DNA of 43,741 nucleotides from Limnohabitans sp. (GCA_051006815.1 JBPCSU010000170.1:1-43741), one strand, 5' to 3'; positions 19,222 through 31,586 are shown, counted from the first letter of the stretch. The notes: generated by a model not told the origin, from the sequence alone. Made by a program: numbers and translations.

Positions 19222-19240
19222 GTGTCGATTATTCCAAAGC

Positions 19241-19266
19241 AAAACGGCCCACCGAAGTGGGCCGTT
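19241..19266 (-). terminator. Terminator downstream of rplY
   Basis: AACGGCCCAC-TTCG-GTGGGCCGTT-TT on the minus strand. Confidence 0.75.
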
Positions 19267-19289
19267 GGAAGCAAACGCGCAAAGAAAAA

Positions 19290-19901
19290 TTACTTCTTCT
19301 TTTTGTCGTCAGCAGCAGCGTCAGCCGCAGGTGCTGCTTCTTCTTTGGTTGCCACCACAGCCACCAACACGGGGTTGGATTTGCCGTGTGTCACAGCCGT
19401 CACGCCTGCGGGCAGAGTGATGTCGTTCACATGCAAGGAGTGACCTTTGGTCAAACCGCTCAAGTCCACAGCGATGAACTCGGGCAAGTCTTTGGGCATG
19501 CAAGAGACTTCCAATTCGGTCGCGATGTGGTTGATCAAGCAGTGGTCTTGCTTCACGGCGGGTGAGTTCTCTTCACCGCTGTAGTGCAATGGCACTTTTT
19601 TGTGCATCTTGGTGTTGGCATCGATGCGTTGGAAATCGATGTGCAACACGAGTTGCTTGTAGGGGTGGTATTGCACGTCGCGCAACAACACTTCGGTTGT
19701 CTTGCCGTTGAATTCCATTTGCAACACAGACGCGTGGAAGGCTTCTTTTTTCAGGGCATGCCACAAAGCGTTGTGATCAAGTTCGATCAACGTGGGTTCA
19801 GTTGCGCCACCATAGACGATGCCTGGTGTACGGCCTGTGATACGCAGACGGCGGCTCGCACCCGTTCCCTGCTTCGCGCGCTCAAAAGCGACAAATTTCA
19901 T
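19290..19901 (-). CDS. rplY: 50S ribosomal protein L25/Ctc
   Basis: [35 protein letters not shown]. Confidence 0.96.
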   Translation of the reverse strand: MKFVAFERAKQGTGASRRLRITGRTPGIVYGGATEPTLIELDHNALWHALKKEAFHASVLQMEFNGKTTEVLLRDVQYHPYKQLVLHIDFQRIDANTKMHKKVPLHYSGEENSPAVKQDHCLINHIATELEVSCMPKDLPEFIAVDLSGLTKGHSLHVNDITLPAGVTAVTHGKSNPVLVAVVATKEEAAPAADAAADDKKKK

Positions 19902-19904
19902 AAT

Positions 19905-19945
19905 TAACTCCAGTAAGAATCCACCGCGACCAGTGTGATTCCAGT
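19905..19945 (-). promoter_or_regulatory. Putative rplY leader hairpin
   Basis: GAATCACAC-TGGTCGCG-GTGGATTC hairpin just upstream of the SD GGAG; L25 autoregulation is inferred, not shown. Confidence 0.4.
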
Positions 19946-20014
19946 TTCAAAAATAGGCTGCTCAACACAAGGAAGGCAGCCCGGGGTGATGTTCGACGAC
20001 CTCGGGTCAGCTGT

Positions 20015-20989
20015 TTAGAACAGTTGGTCTTGGTCGGAGAACAAACTCATCACCGACTCACCGCTGGCGATGCGTTGGATCGTTTCTGCGATCAACGGAG
20101 CCACCGTGAGTTGGCGGATTTTTTTGCAGGCGCGGCCCGCTTCGCTCAAAGGAATGGTGTTGGTCACCACCACTTCGTCGAGGGCATCACCTTTGGCAAT
20201 GCGTTCAATCGCAGGGCCAGAGAAAATAGGGTGTGTGCAATAGGCATAGACCTTCTTGGCACCACGTGTTTTCAACACTTCAGCAGCTTTCACCAAGGTG
20301 CCTGCCGTGTCGATCATGTCATCCATGATCACGCAGTTGCGGCCTTCGATGTCACCAATGACGTTCATCACTTCAGAGACGTTGGCTTTGGGGCGACGCT
20401 TGTCGATGATGGCCAAATCGCAACCCAGTTGCTTGGCCAAGGCGCGTGCGCGTACCACGCCACCGACGTCGGGCGACACCACGATCAGGTCTTCATAGTT
20501 TTTGGTGCGCAAATCGCCCAGCAACACGGGAGACGCGTAGATGTTGTCGACCGGAATGTCAAAAAAGCCTTGAATTTGGTCTGCATGCAAATCCATGGTC
20601 AGCACGCGTGCCACGCCGGCGGTTTGCAGCAAGTCGGCCACCAGTTTGGCGGAGATCGGTACACGGCTAGAGCGTGGACGACGGTCTTGACGGGCGTAGC
20701 CAAAATAGGGGATGACGGCGCTGATGCGTTCTGCGGAGGCGCGCTTCAAGGCGTCCACCATGATCAGCAACTCCATCACGCTTTCGTTGGTCGGCGCGCA
20801 GGTGCTTTGCACCACGAACACGTCGCGGGCGCGCACGGTTTGGTTGATTTCGACGGTGACTTCACCATCTGAGAAGCGACCGACATGTGCGGCGCCTACT
20901 TCAATGCCGAGGTGGGTTGCAATTTCGGCGGCCAACGTGGGATTGGCGTTGCCGGTAAAGACCATGAAGTCGGGTGTGAGGGTCGACAT
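20015..20989 (-). CDS. prs: Ribose-phosphate pyrophosphokinase
   Basis: [40 protein letters not shown]. Confidence 0.97.
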   Translation of the reverse strand: MSTLTPDFMVFTGNANPTLAAEIATHLGIEVGAAHVGRFSDGEVTVEINQTVRARDVFVVQSTCAPTNESVMELLIMVDALKRASAERISAVIPYFGYARQDRRPRSSRVPISAKLVADLLQTAGVARVLTMDLHADQIQGFFDIPVDNIYASPVLLGDLRTKNYEDLIVVSPDVGGVVRARALAKQLGCDLAIIDKRRPKANVSEVMNVIGDIEGRNCVIMDDMIDTAGTLVKAAEVLKTRGAKKVYAYCTHPIFSGPAIERIAKGDALDEVVVTNTIPLSEAGRACKKIRQLTVAPLIAETIQRIASGESVMSLFSDQDQLF

Positions 20990-21073
20990 GATGACGTATG
21001 ACTTTCGCTTCAAGACCAATGACGCAATAAGTCGTCACTTGCAAACCAGCACAGAAGTGCATGTGTAGATATT

Positions 21074-21150
21074 TGGCAGGGGATCGAGGACTCGAACCTC
21101 GGAATGCCGGAATCAAAATCCGGTGCCTTAACCAACTTGGCGAATCCCCT
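21074..21150 (-). tRNA. tRNA-Gln(TTG)
   Basis: AGGGGATTCGCCAAGTTGGTTAAGGCACCGGATTTTGATTCCGG...GGTTCGAGTCCTCGATCCCCTGCCA; classic ispE-tRNA-Gln-prs position. Confidence 0.96.
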
Positions 21151-21182
21151 ACACAGGTCAACAGCTTTGCAGCTACTTACCG

Positions 21183-22028
21183 TTAACTTTTGCTGGCTGC
21201 CCATCCCGCTTGGGGGTGAACGGCCATGTTGCTGCAAATCCGCATTTGCCAGTTGTGCGGTGCTGAGTCCAGCAACACGCCCTCAGGTAACTGGGCAAAC
21301 ACTGCGCTGCCAGAGCCAGTCATGCGTGGGCTTAATCCAAAAGAAGCGAGCCATTGAAGGGCTTGGTCGACTTCTGGGCACAGCGCTTGGGCCACTGGCT
21401 GCAAATCATTTCGGCCAAAACCGAAAGGATCAACAGCGAAGACCGGCATTGTAGCAGTTTCTGTGGCGCGTTGCAGCTCTGGCGCTTGAAAAATTTTTGC
21501 AGTCTCCAGGCCTGCGGCAGGCTTGAGCACCACAAAACGGGCGGGGGGTAGGTTCACAGGCATTAAGGATTCGCCAATGCCTTCCACCCAGGCGTTGTGG
21601 CCGCCTAAAAAAAACGGCACATCCGCGCCCAAGCGCAAGCCCAAAGGCAGAAGTTTTGCCAGTGGCCAGTTGAGTTCCCACAACCGATTGAGCGCTAGCA
21701 AGGTGCTGGCTGCATCCGACGACCCGCCGCCCATACCGGCTTGTGCAGGAATGTGCTTTTCAATCGCGATGTGGGCCCCCAAGTGTGTGCCACTGGCTTG
21801 CTGCAGCGCACGCGCAGCGCGCACCACCAGGTCATCAGCAGGCAAAGGCTGCGTCAAATCTTCTCGTTCAATCAGGCCGTCTTCGCGCAGGTCAAAGTGC
21901 AAGGTGTCGCACCAGTCAATCAGCATGAACACAGATTGCAACAAGTGGTAACCATCGTCACGTCGACCGGTGATATGCAAAAACAGGTTGAGCTTGGCTG
22001 GGGCTAAAACGTGGTGGAGGGAACGCAT
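21183..22028 (-). CDS. ispE: 4-diphosphocytidyl-2-C-methyl-D-erythritol kinase
   Basis: APAKLNLFLHITG.R.DGYH, IP..AGMGGGSSDAA, GADVPFF, MTGSGS. Alternative TTG start at 22043. Confidence 0.96.
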   Translation of the reverse strand: MRSLHHVLAPAKLNLFLHITGRRDDGYHLLQSVFMLIDWCDTLHFDLREDGLIEREDLTQPLPADDLVVRAARALQQASGTHLGAHIAIEKHIPAQAGMGGGSSDAASTLLALNRLWELNWPLAKLLPLGLRLGADVPFFLGGHNAWVEGIGESLMPVNLPPARFVVLKPAAGLETAKIFQAPELQRATETATMPVFAVDPFGFGRNDLQPVAQALCPEVDQALQWLASFGLSPRMTGSGSAVFAQLPEGVLLDSAPHNWQMRICSNMAVHPQAGWAASKS

Positions 22029-22035
22029 AAGAGGT

Positions 22036-22548
22036 TCAGTCAAGTTTGATGCGCAAACTAACTTCGGGCAGCGGCGTGATGCGGCGTGCAGTCACCAAGC
22101 CCTGGGAGGCGCTGGATAAATCGGCATGCCAGCCTGCTGCTGGTGCGTTGATGCCTTGAAGCCATTGACAGAGGGCGTCCATCGGCAGAGCAGCCCCCGT
22201 GGTGGCTTCAGTCAGCTCGGCCATCGATGCAAAGTATTGGCGGGCGTTACCCTGGCTCAGCTGCACCGACTGTGGAGACCATTGCAACGCACCCAAGGTG
22301 TTGCCCAGCGGGGAATACAAATCAAGTTCGCCCTGACGTGCATTGCCGCGCAACAGAAAAGCAGCGCTCATAGAGGCAGGGGGCTCGCTGTGCACCTGAA
22401 CGCTCAGCCGTCCTTGCCATTCTGAAAGAGTGGGTTCGTTGGCAGTGCGTGTGACCGTGGTCGGGCGATGTGGCGTGGCGCATGCTTGCAAGAGCAAGCA
22501 ACAGCTGACCACCATCCATGTCGCAAGCCACTGGCGCCGCATGCGCAT
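22036..22548 (-). CDS. lolB: Outer-membrane lipoprotein LolB
   Basis: Lipobox LQAC, WQGRLSV, L.L.SPLG.TL, LP...L..WL.G; TPR-lolB-ispE synteny. Confidence 0.85.
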   Translation of the reverse strand: MRMRRQWLATWMVVSCCLLLQACATPHRPTTVTRTANEPTLSEWQGRLSVQVHSEPPASMSAAFLLRGNARQGELDLYSPLGNTLGALQWSPQSVQLSQGNARQYFASMAELTEATTGAALPMDALCQWLQGINAPAAGWHADLSSASQGLVTARRITPLPEVSLRIKLD

Positions 22549-22550
22549 GG

Positions 22551-24194
22551 TCACAACGCAGGTTTGAGGCGTTGCAGCGTTTCTTGCAGCGTCTCGTTGG
22601 TCGGTGCCGTGTCCAAGCCCTCGCGCCAAATTTTGCGGGCGTCGTCTTCGCGCTTGAGCACCCACAAGACCTCGCCCAAGTGGGCTGCAATCTCGGCATC
22701 TTGGCGATTTTTGTAGGCGGTTTGCAAATGCGTCAACGCCGCATTTAAGTTGCCCAGACGAAACTCGACCCATCCCAAACTGTCGGTGATGAACGGATCA
22801 TCTGGCGCAAAGGTCAGTGCTTTGACGATGAGTTGTTTGGCTTCGCTGAGGCGCAAGTTGCGATCCGCCAGCGAAAACCCGAGCGCGTTGTAGGCGTTGT
22901 AGTAGCTGGGATTTTTGGCAATGACCAAGCGCAGCAACTTCTCCATCTCATCGACTTGGTTGAGCTTTTCAGCCAGCATGGCTTGCTCGTACAGCAGGTC
23001 GGCATCGTCGTTGTTTTGTGCTTTCAGCAAATCAAAAGCCGCCTGCCATTGACGGTGATCACGCAGCAACTGAACCTCGGCCAGCAGTCGGCTGCGTTCT
23101 TCTTCTGCGTTGCTGGCAGGTAGTTGGGCAATGAGTTGACGTGCCTCACGCATCTTGCCTTGGCGTGCCAGCAAGGCTGCACGGCGTGTCTGTGCCTGCG
23201 TCAATCCGCGAATGGTCGCTTCGGTTGGTTTTTGTGTGGCCAAGTTGGCATAGCGGGCCAAGGACACTTCAGCCTCTTTGTCTTGCCCTTGCTCGAACTG
23301 CAACGAGCCCAACACCAACCATGCGTCAGCCAGCTTGGGGTCTTTGCGGGTGATGGCTTGTAGCTGTTGGGCAGCATCGGGGTAGCGTCCCAGTTCAATC
23401 AGGACGCGAACGTAGCTCATGCCCAATTCCGTGCCGTCTTGTTGGCGCAGAGCCAGCTGCACCAAAGGCTCTGCTTCGTCAACTTTACGCCCCATCAACT
23501 CCAGCGCTAAAAGTGCTGGGCCTTGAGTTTTGATGTCTGCGGCCTGTCCTTTGCGAACAGCATCGAGCGCACCAGCAACATCGTCTCCTGCCAAACGTAG
23601 GCGACCTAAGCTGGTCCATGCCAAAGCAGCAGTGGCGTTGTTTTTTGTGAGGTAGGGGGCTAAGGCTTGTTCAACGATGTGGGCGGCACGCTTTTTATCG
23701 GTCACACGGGCATAGTGACGTGGAATCAAGGTGATGGTGGCCGAGCGTTCATTCTCTGGCGCCAAGGCCAGTTCTTTTTTGAGCGGTTCCAAGCTGTCGT
23801 TGACTTGGTTCAACGCCAACAAAATTTGCAGAACCTGGTTGTTGGCTTTTCTGTCTTGCGGCCAGGCTTGTGCCCAAGCGCGGGCGGCGAGTAAGGCGCC
23901 ATCACCTGAGCGTGCTTGTAAAGCGATTTCGACAGCACGGTCATACAGCTGCACGTCGTTGGATTTGCGTGCGGCATCCAGCAAAAGAGAAAACCCCGCC
24001 GCAGGTTGGCCTTCGCGTAGGTTCATTTCTCCGAGCAAAATTTCGTACAGCAGCTCGCCGGTCAATACGGAATTGGGTGTCTTGTCAGACTCATGGGCTT
24101 GGGCCCATCCCGTGATGGGCAAGGCGCATGTGGCCGCGGATAGCAGAGCAAGGCGCAAAGCCCAAAGACGGGCTGCTGACAAGGGGAATTTCAT
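22551..24194 (-). CDS. Periplasmic TPR repeat protein
   Basis: Signal peptide, AYNALG.SLADR, FITDSLGWV.FR.G, EIAAHLGEVLW. Confidence 0.9.
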   Translation of the reverse strand: MKFPLSAARLWALRLALLSAATCALPITGWAQAHESDKTPNSVLTGELLYEILLGEMNLREGQPAAGFSLLLDAARKSNDVQLYDRAVEIALQARSGDGALLAARAWAQAWPQDRKANNQVLQILLALNQVNDSLEPLKKELALAPENERSATITLIPRHYARVTDKKRAAHIVEQALAPYLTKNNATAALAWTSLGRLRLAGDDVAGALDAVRKGQAADIKTQGPALLALELMGRKVDEAEPLVQLALRQQDGTELGMSYVRVLIELGRYPDAAQQLQAITRKDPKLADAWLVLGSLQFEQGQDKEAEVSLARYANLATQKPTEATIRGLTQAQTRRAALLARQGKMREARQLIAQLPASNAEEERSRLLAEVQLLRDHRQWQAAFDLLKAQNNDDADLLYEQAMLAEKLNQVDEMEKLLRLVIAKNPSYYNAYNALGFSLADRNLRLSEAKQLIVKALTFAPDDPFITDSLGWVEFRLGNLNAALTHLQTAYKNRQDAEIAAHLGEVLWVLKREDDARKIWREGLDTAPTNETLQETLQRLKPAL

Positions 24195-24235
24195 GTCCGC
24201 ATCATAATCGCTGACTGTTTTTTCTTCTGCGCCCC

Positions 24236-25051
24236 ATGCCTGAATTACCCGAAGTTGAAGTCACCCGTTTGAGCTTTGCCGATCGCATTGCGGGTGCGCG
24301 CGTCACGGATGTTCGTGTGGGCAAACCCTTGCGCTGGCCGCTCGGGTGTCCGCCTCAGTCGTTGGTGGGGCGTCACGTGTTGGGCGTGCGCCGCCGAGGC
24401 AAATATTTGCTGATCGACTTGGACCCAGGTTTGTTGCTCTGGCATTTGGGGATGTCGGGCAGCTTGCGTTTTGGGCATGATCATGGCGCGCCACAAGTTC
24501 ACGACCACTTCGATTTGGAGACCACGCAAGGCTTGTTGCGCTTGAATGACCCACGTCGTTTTGGTGCGGTGGTGTACGCCCCCAGCGAGGACAGCGAGGT
24601 GGCCGCCAAGTTGCTGAACCATTTGGGCGTCGAGCCTTTGAATGGTCATTTTGATTTGGATGCGTTTCACCAAGGGCTACGCCAACGCACATCTGCCATC
24701 AAGCAGGTGTTGTTGGGCGGCGCGTTGGTGGTGGGGGTCGGCAACATTTATGCGTCGGAAGCTTTGTTTTTGTCTGGCATTCGACCCACGGTGCGCGCCC
24801 ATCGCTTGAGTCGACCACGTGCTGAAAAATTGCGTCTCGCCATCATCGATGTGTTGTCGCGTGCTGTGCAAAAAGGTGGCAGCACCTTGCGTGATTTTTC
24901 TAGTGCAGACGGACAGCAAGGTTACTTTCAATTAGAAGCCCATGTGTATGACCGAGCGGGTCAACCTTGCCGTGTGTGCGGTACCTTGATTTGTCGTTTG
25001 CAGCAAGGCCAGCGTTCTACGTTTTATTGCCCGAGCTGCCAAAAACCATGA
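24236..25051 (+). CDS. mutM: Formamidopyrimidine-DNA glycosylase
   Basis: [24 protein letters not shown]-terminal zinc finger. Confidence 0.97.
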   Translation: MPELPEVEVTRLSFADRIAGARVTDVRVGKPLRWPLGCPPQSLVGRHVLGVRRRGKYLLIDLDPGLLLWHLGMSGSLRFGHDHGAPQVHDHFDLETTQGLLRLNDPRRFGAVVYAPSEDSEVAAKLLNHLGVEPLNGHFDLDAFHQGLRQRTSAIKQVLLGGALVVGVGNIYASEALFLSGIRPTVRAHRLSRPRAEKLRLAIIDVLSRAVQKGGSTLRDFSSADGQQGYFQLEAHVYDRAGQPCRVCGTLICRLQQGQRSTFYCPSCQKP

Positions 25052-26085
25052 AGAAAACTGTGGCAAATTTTGGCGATGCCGTGGTGACGTGGCAAAAAAA
25101 ACATGGGCGGCATGACTTGCCATGGCAAAACACGCAAGACCCTTATGCGGTGTGGCTGTCGGAAATCATGCTGCAGCAAACCCAAGTGGCCACCGTGCGT
25201 GAGTACTTCGCGCGGTTCATGCAGCGGTTTCCAACAGTGGCTGATTTGGCTGCCGCGCACCAAGACGAGGTGTTGGGTTTGTGGAGTGGCTTGGGGTATT
25301 ACAGCCGAGCCCGCAACATGCACCGGGCAGCGCAAGCGGTGGTCGCCTTGCATGATGGCCACTTCCCTTGCTCTGCAGAGGCTTTGCAGACCTTGCCTGG
25401 CATTGGTCGATCCACGGCGGCGGCCGTGGCCTCGCTCTGCTTTGGTGAGCCGATTGCGATTTTGGATGGCAACGTCAAACGCGTGTTGACCCGTTATTTA
25501 GGCTTCGACCAGAACTTGGCTTCGGCGCGCATTGAGAAAGACTTGTGGGCGTTGGCGCAGACCATGTTGCCGAAGAAGCAAGTCACGCAGGCCATGCCGC
25601 GCTACACCCAAGGGGTGATGGATTTGGGCGCGACGGTGTGTACGCCTAAAAAACCAAATTGCGCGCAATGCCCAGTGGCAACCGACTGCGTTGCCAAAGC
25701 CGAAGGCCAACCTGAGCGTTACCCGGTGAAAACACGCAAACTCAAACGGACCTCCGAGCAATTGTGGCTGCTGCAAGCGGAGACCGAAGCGGGCGAGGTG
25801 TGGCTCATGCAACGTCCACAAACAGGGGTGTGGGCAGGGTTGTACTGCTTGCCTGTGTTTGAAAGTTTTGAAGCCTTGCAAGCGGCCTTGCCAGCCAAAT
25901 ACCGTTCACAGATCGACGAAAGTCCAGCCTTCAAACATGTGCTCACCCACAAAGACTTGCATTTGCATCCGGTAACCTTGCGTTTGAAACGCCCTCATGC
26001 ACTAGGTGAAGGCCAATGGGTGAAAGCCGCTGAGTGGCCTGCGCTGGGGTTGCCTGCGCCCGTGCGTAAATTGCTCACGCGTTGA
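25048..26085 (+). CDS. mutY: A/G-specific adenine glycosylase
   Basis: [31 protein letters not shown], Fe-S motif C-x6-C-x2-C-x5-C. Confidence 0.96.
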   Translation: MKKTVANFGDAVVTWQKKHGRHDLPWQNTQDPYAVWLSEIMLQQTQVATVREYFARFMQRFPTVADLAAAHQDEVLGLWSGLGYYSRARNMHRAAQAVVALHDGHFPCSAEALQTLPGIGRSTAAAVASLCFGEPIAILDGNVKRVLTRYLGFDQNLASARIEKDLWALAQTMLPKKQVTQAMPRYTQGVMDLGATVCTPKKPNCAQCPVATDCVAKAEGQPERYPVKTRKLKRTSEQLWLLQAETEAGEVWLMQRPQTGVWAGLYCLPVFESFEALQAALPAKYRSQIDESPAFKHVLTHKDLHLHPVTLRLKRPHALGEGQWVKAAEWPALGLPAPVRKLLTR

Positions 26086-26110
26086 TGGGGCGTGCCTCTT
26101 TGTGCAAAGC

Positions 26111-26989
26111 TTAAGTTGGTATGTCGAGCTCGCGGTGACGCTTGAGCGTGCCCCAGTGCGCTGAGAACTGCTTGGCCAACAACTCCACCAAATACACAGA
26201 ACGGTGTTGCCCGCCTGTGCAACCAATCGCCACTGTGACATAGCTGCGATGGTCGAGGCTGAGGTCCGGCAACCAACTGTTGAGGAAGTCCGCAATTTGG
26301 TTGGCCATCTTGTCGACTGCGCCATGTTCTGCCAACCAATTTGCCACTGGCGCATCGCGTCCGGTGAGGGGGCGCAAAGCGGGCTCGTAGTGTGGGTTGG
26401 GTAACATCCGCACATCAAACACATAGTCCGCATGCACAGGAATGCCGCGCTTGAACGCAAACGATTCAAACATCAGCGTCAGTTGTTTGGCGGGCGCGGA
26501 GATCAGTGATTTGATGTAGCTTTGCAGCTTGCTGCTGCGCAACAAGCTGGTGTCGATGATGTGCGATTCTTCGCGCAACTCGGACAGCAGCTCACGCTCC
26601 AGCTCAATCGCTTCCACCAAGTCGCGTTGCTGATCGCGAATCACGTCAGGACCATCCTGGCGTGACAAGGGGTGACGGCGACGGGTTTCGGAAAATCGGT
26701 GCACCAAAATTTCGGTGGTGGCATCCAGAAACAACAAATGCACATCCACATCCAAAGCGCGCAAGTGGGCCAGTTGGGCAGGAACCAAAGGCAAGGAGTT
26801 TGCGCTGCGCACATCCATCGCAATCGCAATGCGGCTGGCGCTGTGCTGCTGCTCAAGCTGAACAAAAGGCAGCAGCAACTCAGGCGGTAAGTTGTCCACG
26901 CAGTAATAGCCGGCATCTTCTAGCGCGTGCAGCGCGACGGACTTGCCAGAGCCCGACATGCCTGTGATCAGCACCAGTTCTTGTTTCAT
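26111..26989 (-). CDS. rapZ: RNase adapter RapZ
   Basis: [40 protein letters not shown]. Confidence 0.95.
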   Translation of the reverse strand: MKQELVLITGMSGSGKSVALHALEDAGYYCVDNLPPELLLPFVQLEQQHSASRIAIAMDVRSANSLPLVPAQLAHLRALDVDVHLLFLDATTEILVHRFSETRRRHPLSRQDGPDVIRDQQRDLVEAIELERELLSELREESHIIDTSLLRSSKLQSYIKSLISAPAKQLTLMFESFAFKRGIPVHADYVFDVRMLPNPHYEPALRPLTGRDAPVANWLAEHGAVDKMANQIADFLNSWLPDLSLDHRSYVTVAIGCTGGQHRSVYLVELLAKQFSAHWGTLKRHRELDIPT

Positions 26990-28659
26990 TTTTTCTTGGC
27001 TTTCGCGGAAGTCTGCAGCATTTCGCGCGCATGGGCGAGGGTGGTGTCAGACACCTTCTCCCCCCCCAACATGCGTGCAATTTCGTTCACCCGTGCATCG
27101 GCACCCAGTGCCGTGACTTGACTCGATGTGCCTTGTGCATCGCTGTGCTTTGACACGACCAAGTGGTGGTCCGCGCAGGCGGCCACTTGCGGCAGGTGCG
27201 TCACGGCCAACACCTGGCGGTCTTGGCCGAGTTGTTTCATCAACCGACCCACGGTTTCGGCAACCGCACCGCCTACCCCAGAATCCACCTCGTCAAAGAT
27301 AAGGGTTTGCGCCGTGCCGAGTTCACTGGTGGTGACGGCAATGGCCAAAGCAATGCGTGAAAGTTCGCCGCCCGACGCGACTTTGCCGACAGGGCGTGGC
27401 GTGCTGCCGGGATGACCGGCCACCAAAAACACCACGCTTTCCAAGCCACTGGCGGTGGGGTGTTCTGCTTTTTCAAGCTGTACCTCAAAACGTCCGCCTT
27501 GCATGCCCAAGCCTTGCATGGCTTGGGTGATGGCGGTGGCCAGCTTGGGGGCCGTTTGCGTACGCGCCTGCGATACCTTGCGTGCTTCGGTTTGATAGGT
27601 GGCGGCAGCTTTGGCTTCGCTGGCTTCCAGAGCGACAAGATCGGTGGCGGCGTCTAGCTGCAAGAGGCGTGCTTTCCATTCTTGATACAAGGCAGGCAGC
27701 TCTTGTGGGGTGCGTTTGAAGCGGCGTGCCAGCGACATCCACAAGGACATGCGATCGTCCAAGGTTTGCAGCCGTTCTGGGTCGAGTTCAGTGCGACTCA
27801 GGTACGCGTTCAGCGAATGTGCCACGTCACCCGCTTGCGCCAAGCTCGAGGCCAGCACATCAACCCAGGTGGCGAACTCAGGCTCTACATCGGTTTGATT
27901 CTGTAGCGTGTCTTGTGCTTGGGTTAGCAAACGCAGCGCGCCGCGGTCGTCATCTTCCAGTGCATGAATGGCCGTTTGGGCTGCATCCATCAACGCTTGC
28001 GCGTGCGACAAACGGGTGTGCAGGCTGTTGAGTTCTTCCCATTCATCTTCTGCAGGGTTGAGCTTGTCGACCTCGCTGATTTGCCACAACAAACGTTCGC
28101 GTTCTTCTTGCAGCGTGGCTTGTGCAGTCCGGGCGTCGTTCAGGGTTTGCGTGGCTTGGCGCCAGTGTTGCCAAGCGTGTGTCAAGGCTTGCAGGTTGAC
28201 GCCTGCGTAGGCATCCAGCAAACCGCGTACAGCATCGGGTCGCGTCAGGCTTTGCCATGCGTGCTGGCCGTGAATGTCGAGCACTTTGTCACCCAACGCA
28301 CGCAGTTGGGTGGCGGTGGCAGGGCTACCGTTGATCCATGCGCGGCTCTTGCCTTGGACGTCGATGGTCCGTTTGAGCAGCAGCGTATCGTCAGCGTTGA
28401 TGTCGGCAAACCCTTCGTCAGCAAGCCACGTCACGATGTCCGAGGTGGCATCGAACTCGGCACAGATTTCAGCGCGTGTGGCACCTTCGCGCACCACGGT
28501 GCTTTCGGCGCGCGCGCCCAGCACCAGTTGCAGTGCATCAATCAGAATCGATTTGCCCGCGCCGGTTTCCCCGGTCAGAGCGGTGAAACCGCTGGATAAA
28601 TCAAGATCGAGCTCGCGAACAATCACAAAGTCGCGCAGAACGATGTGCTGCAAGCTCAT
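26986..28659 (-). CDS. recN: DNA repair protein RecN
   Basis: [37 protein letters not shown]. Confidence 0.97.
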   Translation of the reverse strand: MSLQHIVLRDFVIVRELDLDLSSGFTALTGETGAGKSILIDALQLVLGARAESTVVREGATRAEICAEFDATSDIVTWLADEGFADINADDTLLLKRTIDVQGKSRAWINGSPATATQLRALGDKVLDIHGQHAWQSLTRPDAVRGLLDAYAGVNLQALTHAWQHWRQATQTLNDARTAQATLQEERERLLWQISEVDKLNPAEDEWEELNSLHTRLSHAQALMDAAQTAIHALEDDDRGALRLLTQAQDTLQNQTDVEPEFATWVDVLASSLAQAGDVAHSLNAYLSRTELDPERLQTLDDRMSLWMSLARRFKRTPQELPALYQEWKARLLQLDAATDLVALEASEAKAAATYQTEARKVSQARTQTAPKLATAITQAMQGLGMQGGRFEVQLEKAEHPTASGLESVVFLVAGHPGSTPRPVGKVASGGELSRIALAIAVTTSELGTAQTLIFDEVDSGVGGAVAETVGRLMKQLGQDRQVLAVTHLPQVAACADHHLVVSKHSDAQGTSSQVTALGADARVNEIARMLGGEKVSDTTLAHAREMLQTSAKAKKK

Positions 28660-29552
28660 ACCCCGCCCTCGTTCCAGTGCAGTTTTTGGCGCAGGGTGTC
28701 GTAGTAGCTCCAGCCCCGTGGGTGCAAGAAACGTGCGTGGTAGTTGGAGCGTTTGACAGTGATGCGGTCCCCCAGCAGCAGCGAGGCCAGTGACTGCATG
28801 TCAAAGTTGGCGCTGGCATCACGACCAGCAACCAAATCAATCGTTACCTCACCAGTGTCGGCCAACACGATCGGGCGGTTCGACAAGGTGTGCGGCGCAA
28901 TCGGGGTCAACACCCACGCGGGCAAAGAAGGGTGCAACAAAGGCCCGCCTACTGAGAGTGAGTAGGCGGTGGAACCCGTAGGGGTGGCAATGATCAAACC
29001 GTCAGCCCGTTGGTTCGCCACAAAGCGGCCATCGATGGCCACGCGCACTTCCAGCATGCCAGAGGTGGCGCCGCGGTTCACCACCACATCGTTCAAAGCC
29101 AGAGCGTTGAAGACGCAATGACCATCGCGCCAGACCTTGGCGCGCATCAAGGCACGTGGGTCTTCTTCGTAAGCGCCGCCCAGCATGGCCTCAAGCGTGC
29201 GTTCAACTTCGTTGAGTGCAATGTCGGTGATGAAACCCAAACGGCCCTGGTTGATACCAATCAACGGCACGTTGTGTGGGGCCAGTTGTCGGGCATAGCC
29301 CAGCATGGTGCCGTCCCCGCCAACCACGACGGCGAGGTCGCAAGATTTGCCAATCTCTTCGATCGTCATCACCGGGTAACCCATCAGGCCTGAGCCCGCC
29401 GCCGTGTCGTGTTCGAGAATGACTTCGCAGCCTTGCGTGTGCAAAAACTGCGCAATGCTCTCCAAGGTTTGCTTGGCTTCGGGTTTGACACTTGAGCCTG
29501 CATTCAAGTGGTATTTACCGAGCAGGGCGATGTGACGAAATTTCGATTTCAT
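28656..29552 (-). CDS. nadK: NAD kinase
   Basis: [35 protein letters not shown]. Confidence 0.96.
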   Translation of the reverse strand: MKSKFRHIALLGKYHLNAGSSVKPEAKQTLESIAQFLHTQGCEVILEHDTAAGSGLMGYPVMTIEEIGKSCDLAVVVGGDGTMLGYARQLAPHNVPLIGINQGRLGFITDIALNEVERTLEAMLGGAYEEDPRALMRAKVWRDGHCVFNALALNDVVVNRGATSGMLEVRVAIDGRFVANQRADGLIIATPTGSTAYSLSVGGPLLHPSLPAWVLTPIAPHTLSNRPIVLADTGEVTIDLVAGRDASANFDMQSLASLLLGDRITVKRSNYHARFLHPRGWSYYDTLRQKLHWNEGGV

Positions 29553-29585
29553 AGCCAAATTAAATCACTAAAATTTGCCGACAGG

Positions 29586-30593
29586 ATGACCATGCTAGAC
29601 GATCGCGCCAAGTTGTTGCTCAAAGCGCTGGTAGAGCGCTACATCGCTGACGGACAACCCGTCGGCTCACGCACGCTTTCGCGGGCGTCGGGCATTGAAC
29701 TGTCGCCAGCCACCATCCGCAATGTGATGTCCGATTTGGAGGGCCTCGGGCTCATCGCCAGCCCCCATACGTCGGCGGGCCGCATTCCCACCGCCCGTGG
29801 CTATCGCTTGTTTGTGGACACCATGCTGACAGCACAACGGTCCGAATTGAATGCGCCCAGCTTGGCGCCAGATCAACCCCAAAAGGTGATTGCCAACGCG
29901 GCGCACTTGTTGTCCGACTTGTCGCAATTTGTGGGGGTGGTGATCGCTCCCCGCCGCAGTTCGGTATTTCGGCACATTGAATTTTTAAGGCTCTCAGACC
30001 GCCGTTTGTTGGTGATCATCGTTTCGCCCGAAGGCGATGTGCAAAACCGTGTGCTGTTCACCGAGACGGACTACAGCGCGTCACAACTGGTGGAGGCGTC
30101 CAATTACTTGAACCACCATTTCGCGGGGATGGCGATTGAGCAGGTGCGTGAGAAATTGCTGGCCGAGGTGGAATCGTTGCGCGGTGAAATTGCTTCGTTG
30201 ATGCAAGCCGCGGTGCAAGTCAGCACCGAAGCGCTGACGCAGGTGCAAGACGATGTGGTGATCAGCGGTGAACGCAACCTGTTGTCCGTGAGCGATTTCT
30301 CCAGCGACATGGGCAATCTGCGTCGCGCCTTTGATTTGTTTGAGCAAAAAGCGCAGCTGGTGCGCTTGCTTGACATTTCAGCGCAGGCCGAAGGGGTGCG
30401 CATCTACATCGGGGGCGAGAGCCAAATCGTGCCGATGGAAGAGTTGTCGGTGGTCAGCGCGCCCTACGAAGTAGACGGCCACGTGGTGGGCACTCTGGGG
30501 GTGATTGGCCCCACGCGCATGGCCTACGACCGGATGATCCAAATTGTGGACATCACCTCCAAGTTGGTCAGCAACGCACTCAGCCATAAGTGA
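29586..30593 (+). CDS. hrcA: Heat-inducible transcription repressor HrcA
   Basis: [36 protein letters not shown]. Confidence 0.97.
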   Translation: MTMLDDRAKLLLKALVERYIADGQPVGSRTLSRASGIELSPATIRNVMSDLEGLGLIASPHTSAGRIPTARGYRLFVDTMLTAQRSELNAPSLAPDQPQKVIANAAHLLSDLSQFVGVVIAPRRSSVFRHIEFLRLSDRRLLVIIVSPEGDVQNRVLFTETDYSASQLVEASNYLNHHFAGMAIEQVREKLLAEVESLRGEIASLMQAAVQVSTEALTQVQDDVVISGERNLLSVSDFSSDMGNLRRAFDLFEQKAQLVRLLDISAQAEGVRIYIGGESQIVPMEELSVVSAPYEVDGHVVGTLGVIGPTRMAYDRMIQIVDITSKLVSNALSHK

Positions 30594-30597
30594 GTGC

Positions 30598-31539
30598 TTA
30601 GGTTTTGGGCAGACGCACCCCAAACAAAATACCGCAGGTGACCATGGCCAATCCGGCGATCAAGTTCAGATGCATCGGTTCACCCAAAAACGTCACTGCG
30701 CCCAAAGCTGACAGACCGGGCACCAGTGCCGTGATCATGGTGGAGCGAACAGGCCCAAAGTGACGAATCATCACGTTGAACGTGATGCCTGAAATGACGA
30801 CTGACCCTACGCCTTGGTAAACCGCTTGAAACACCAGTTCGGCCACGGGCGCTGAACCCAAGTGGCTTGGAATCCATGTCATCCAAGCAAACACGCCGTA
30901 GATGGGTAAAAAAGTCACACAGGCGAATGCGGTGATGGCGATCGTGGCACGAACGGGGTCTAACGCATGGCGTCGCACCATCACGCTGTAGCACGCCCAA
31001 CAGAACGCAGCGCTCATGAACATGAGGTCGCCTTTCCAAACGTCACCCCCGTCAAATGCTTTGAGTAAGCTGGCGCCTCCCACCAGCAAGTCTCCCAACA
31101 CAATGCACGCCAACCCCACGGCACGCGCGCGGGTGATCTTGTCGTGCAACACCGCCATCGCCAAGAGCGATGTCCACAGCGGCAAACTGCCAGGCATCAA
31201 GACCGAGGCGTGCGCTGCGGGTGCAAAGAAAAATCCAGAGTACGCCAACATCGCATACAACATGCCCCCGAACAGGCCAGAGATCGCGGTCACGCGCAAG
31301 GGCAGGGGAGACAACCCCATCAGCGATCCCACGCGCTCTCCCGCTTTTCTTTGTGAGCGCAGCAGCCACCAACCCCATGGCAACAACACACAACTGGCCC
31401 CCACGATGCGAAGAAAACCGATGTCGAGAGGCAGCAGGTTATGCGAGGCAGATGCACGCGCCACAACGATGAAAGAAGACCAAATGAGCACCGTGATCAC
31501 GGCGGCCGAAAGGCCGAGTGCGCGAGGAGAAAATTGCAT
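30598..31539 (-). CDS. DMT/EamA family transporter
   Basis: About 10 TM helices in two repeats; FLGE near the C-terminus. Confidence 0.88.
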   Translation of the reverse strand: MQFSPRALGLSAAVITVLIWSSFIVVARASASHNLLPLDIGFLRIVGASCVLLPWGWWLLRSQRKAGERVGSLMGLSPLPLRVTAISGLFGGMLYAMLAYSGFFFAPAAHASVLMPGSLPLWTSLLAMAVLHDKITRARAVGLACIVLGDLLVGGASLLKAFDGGDVWKGDLMFMSAAFCWACYSVMVRRHALDPVRATIAITAFACVTFLPIYGVFAWMTWIPSHLGSAPVAELVFQAVYQGVGSVVISGITFNVMIRHFGPVRSTMITALVPGLSALGAVTFLGEPMHLNLIAGLAMVTCGILFGVRLPKT

Positions 31540-31586
31540 GCGAGGAATGATAGTGCGAGCACCCTCTACAATCTGTTGCTTCGGTT

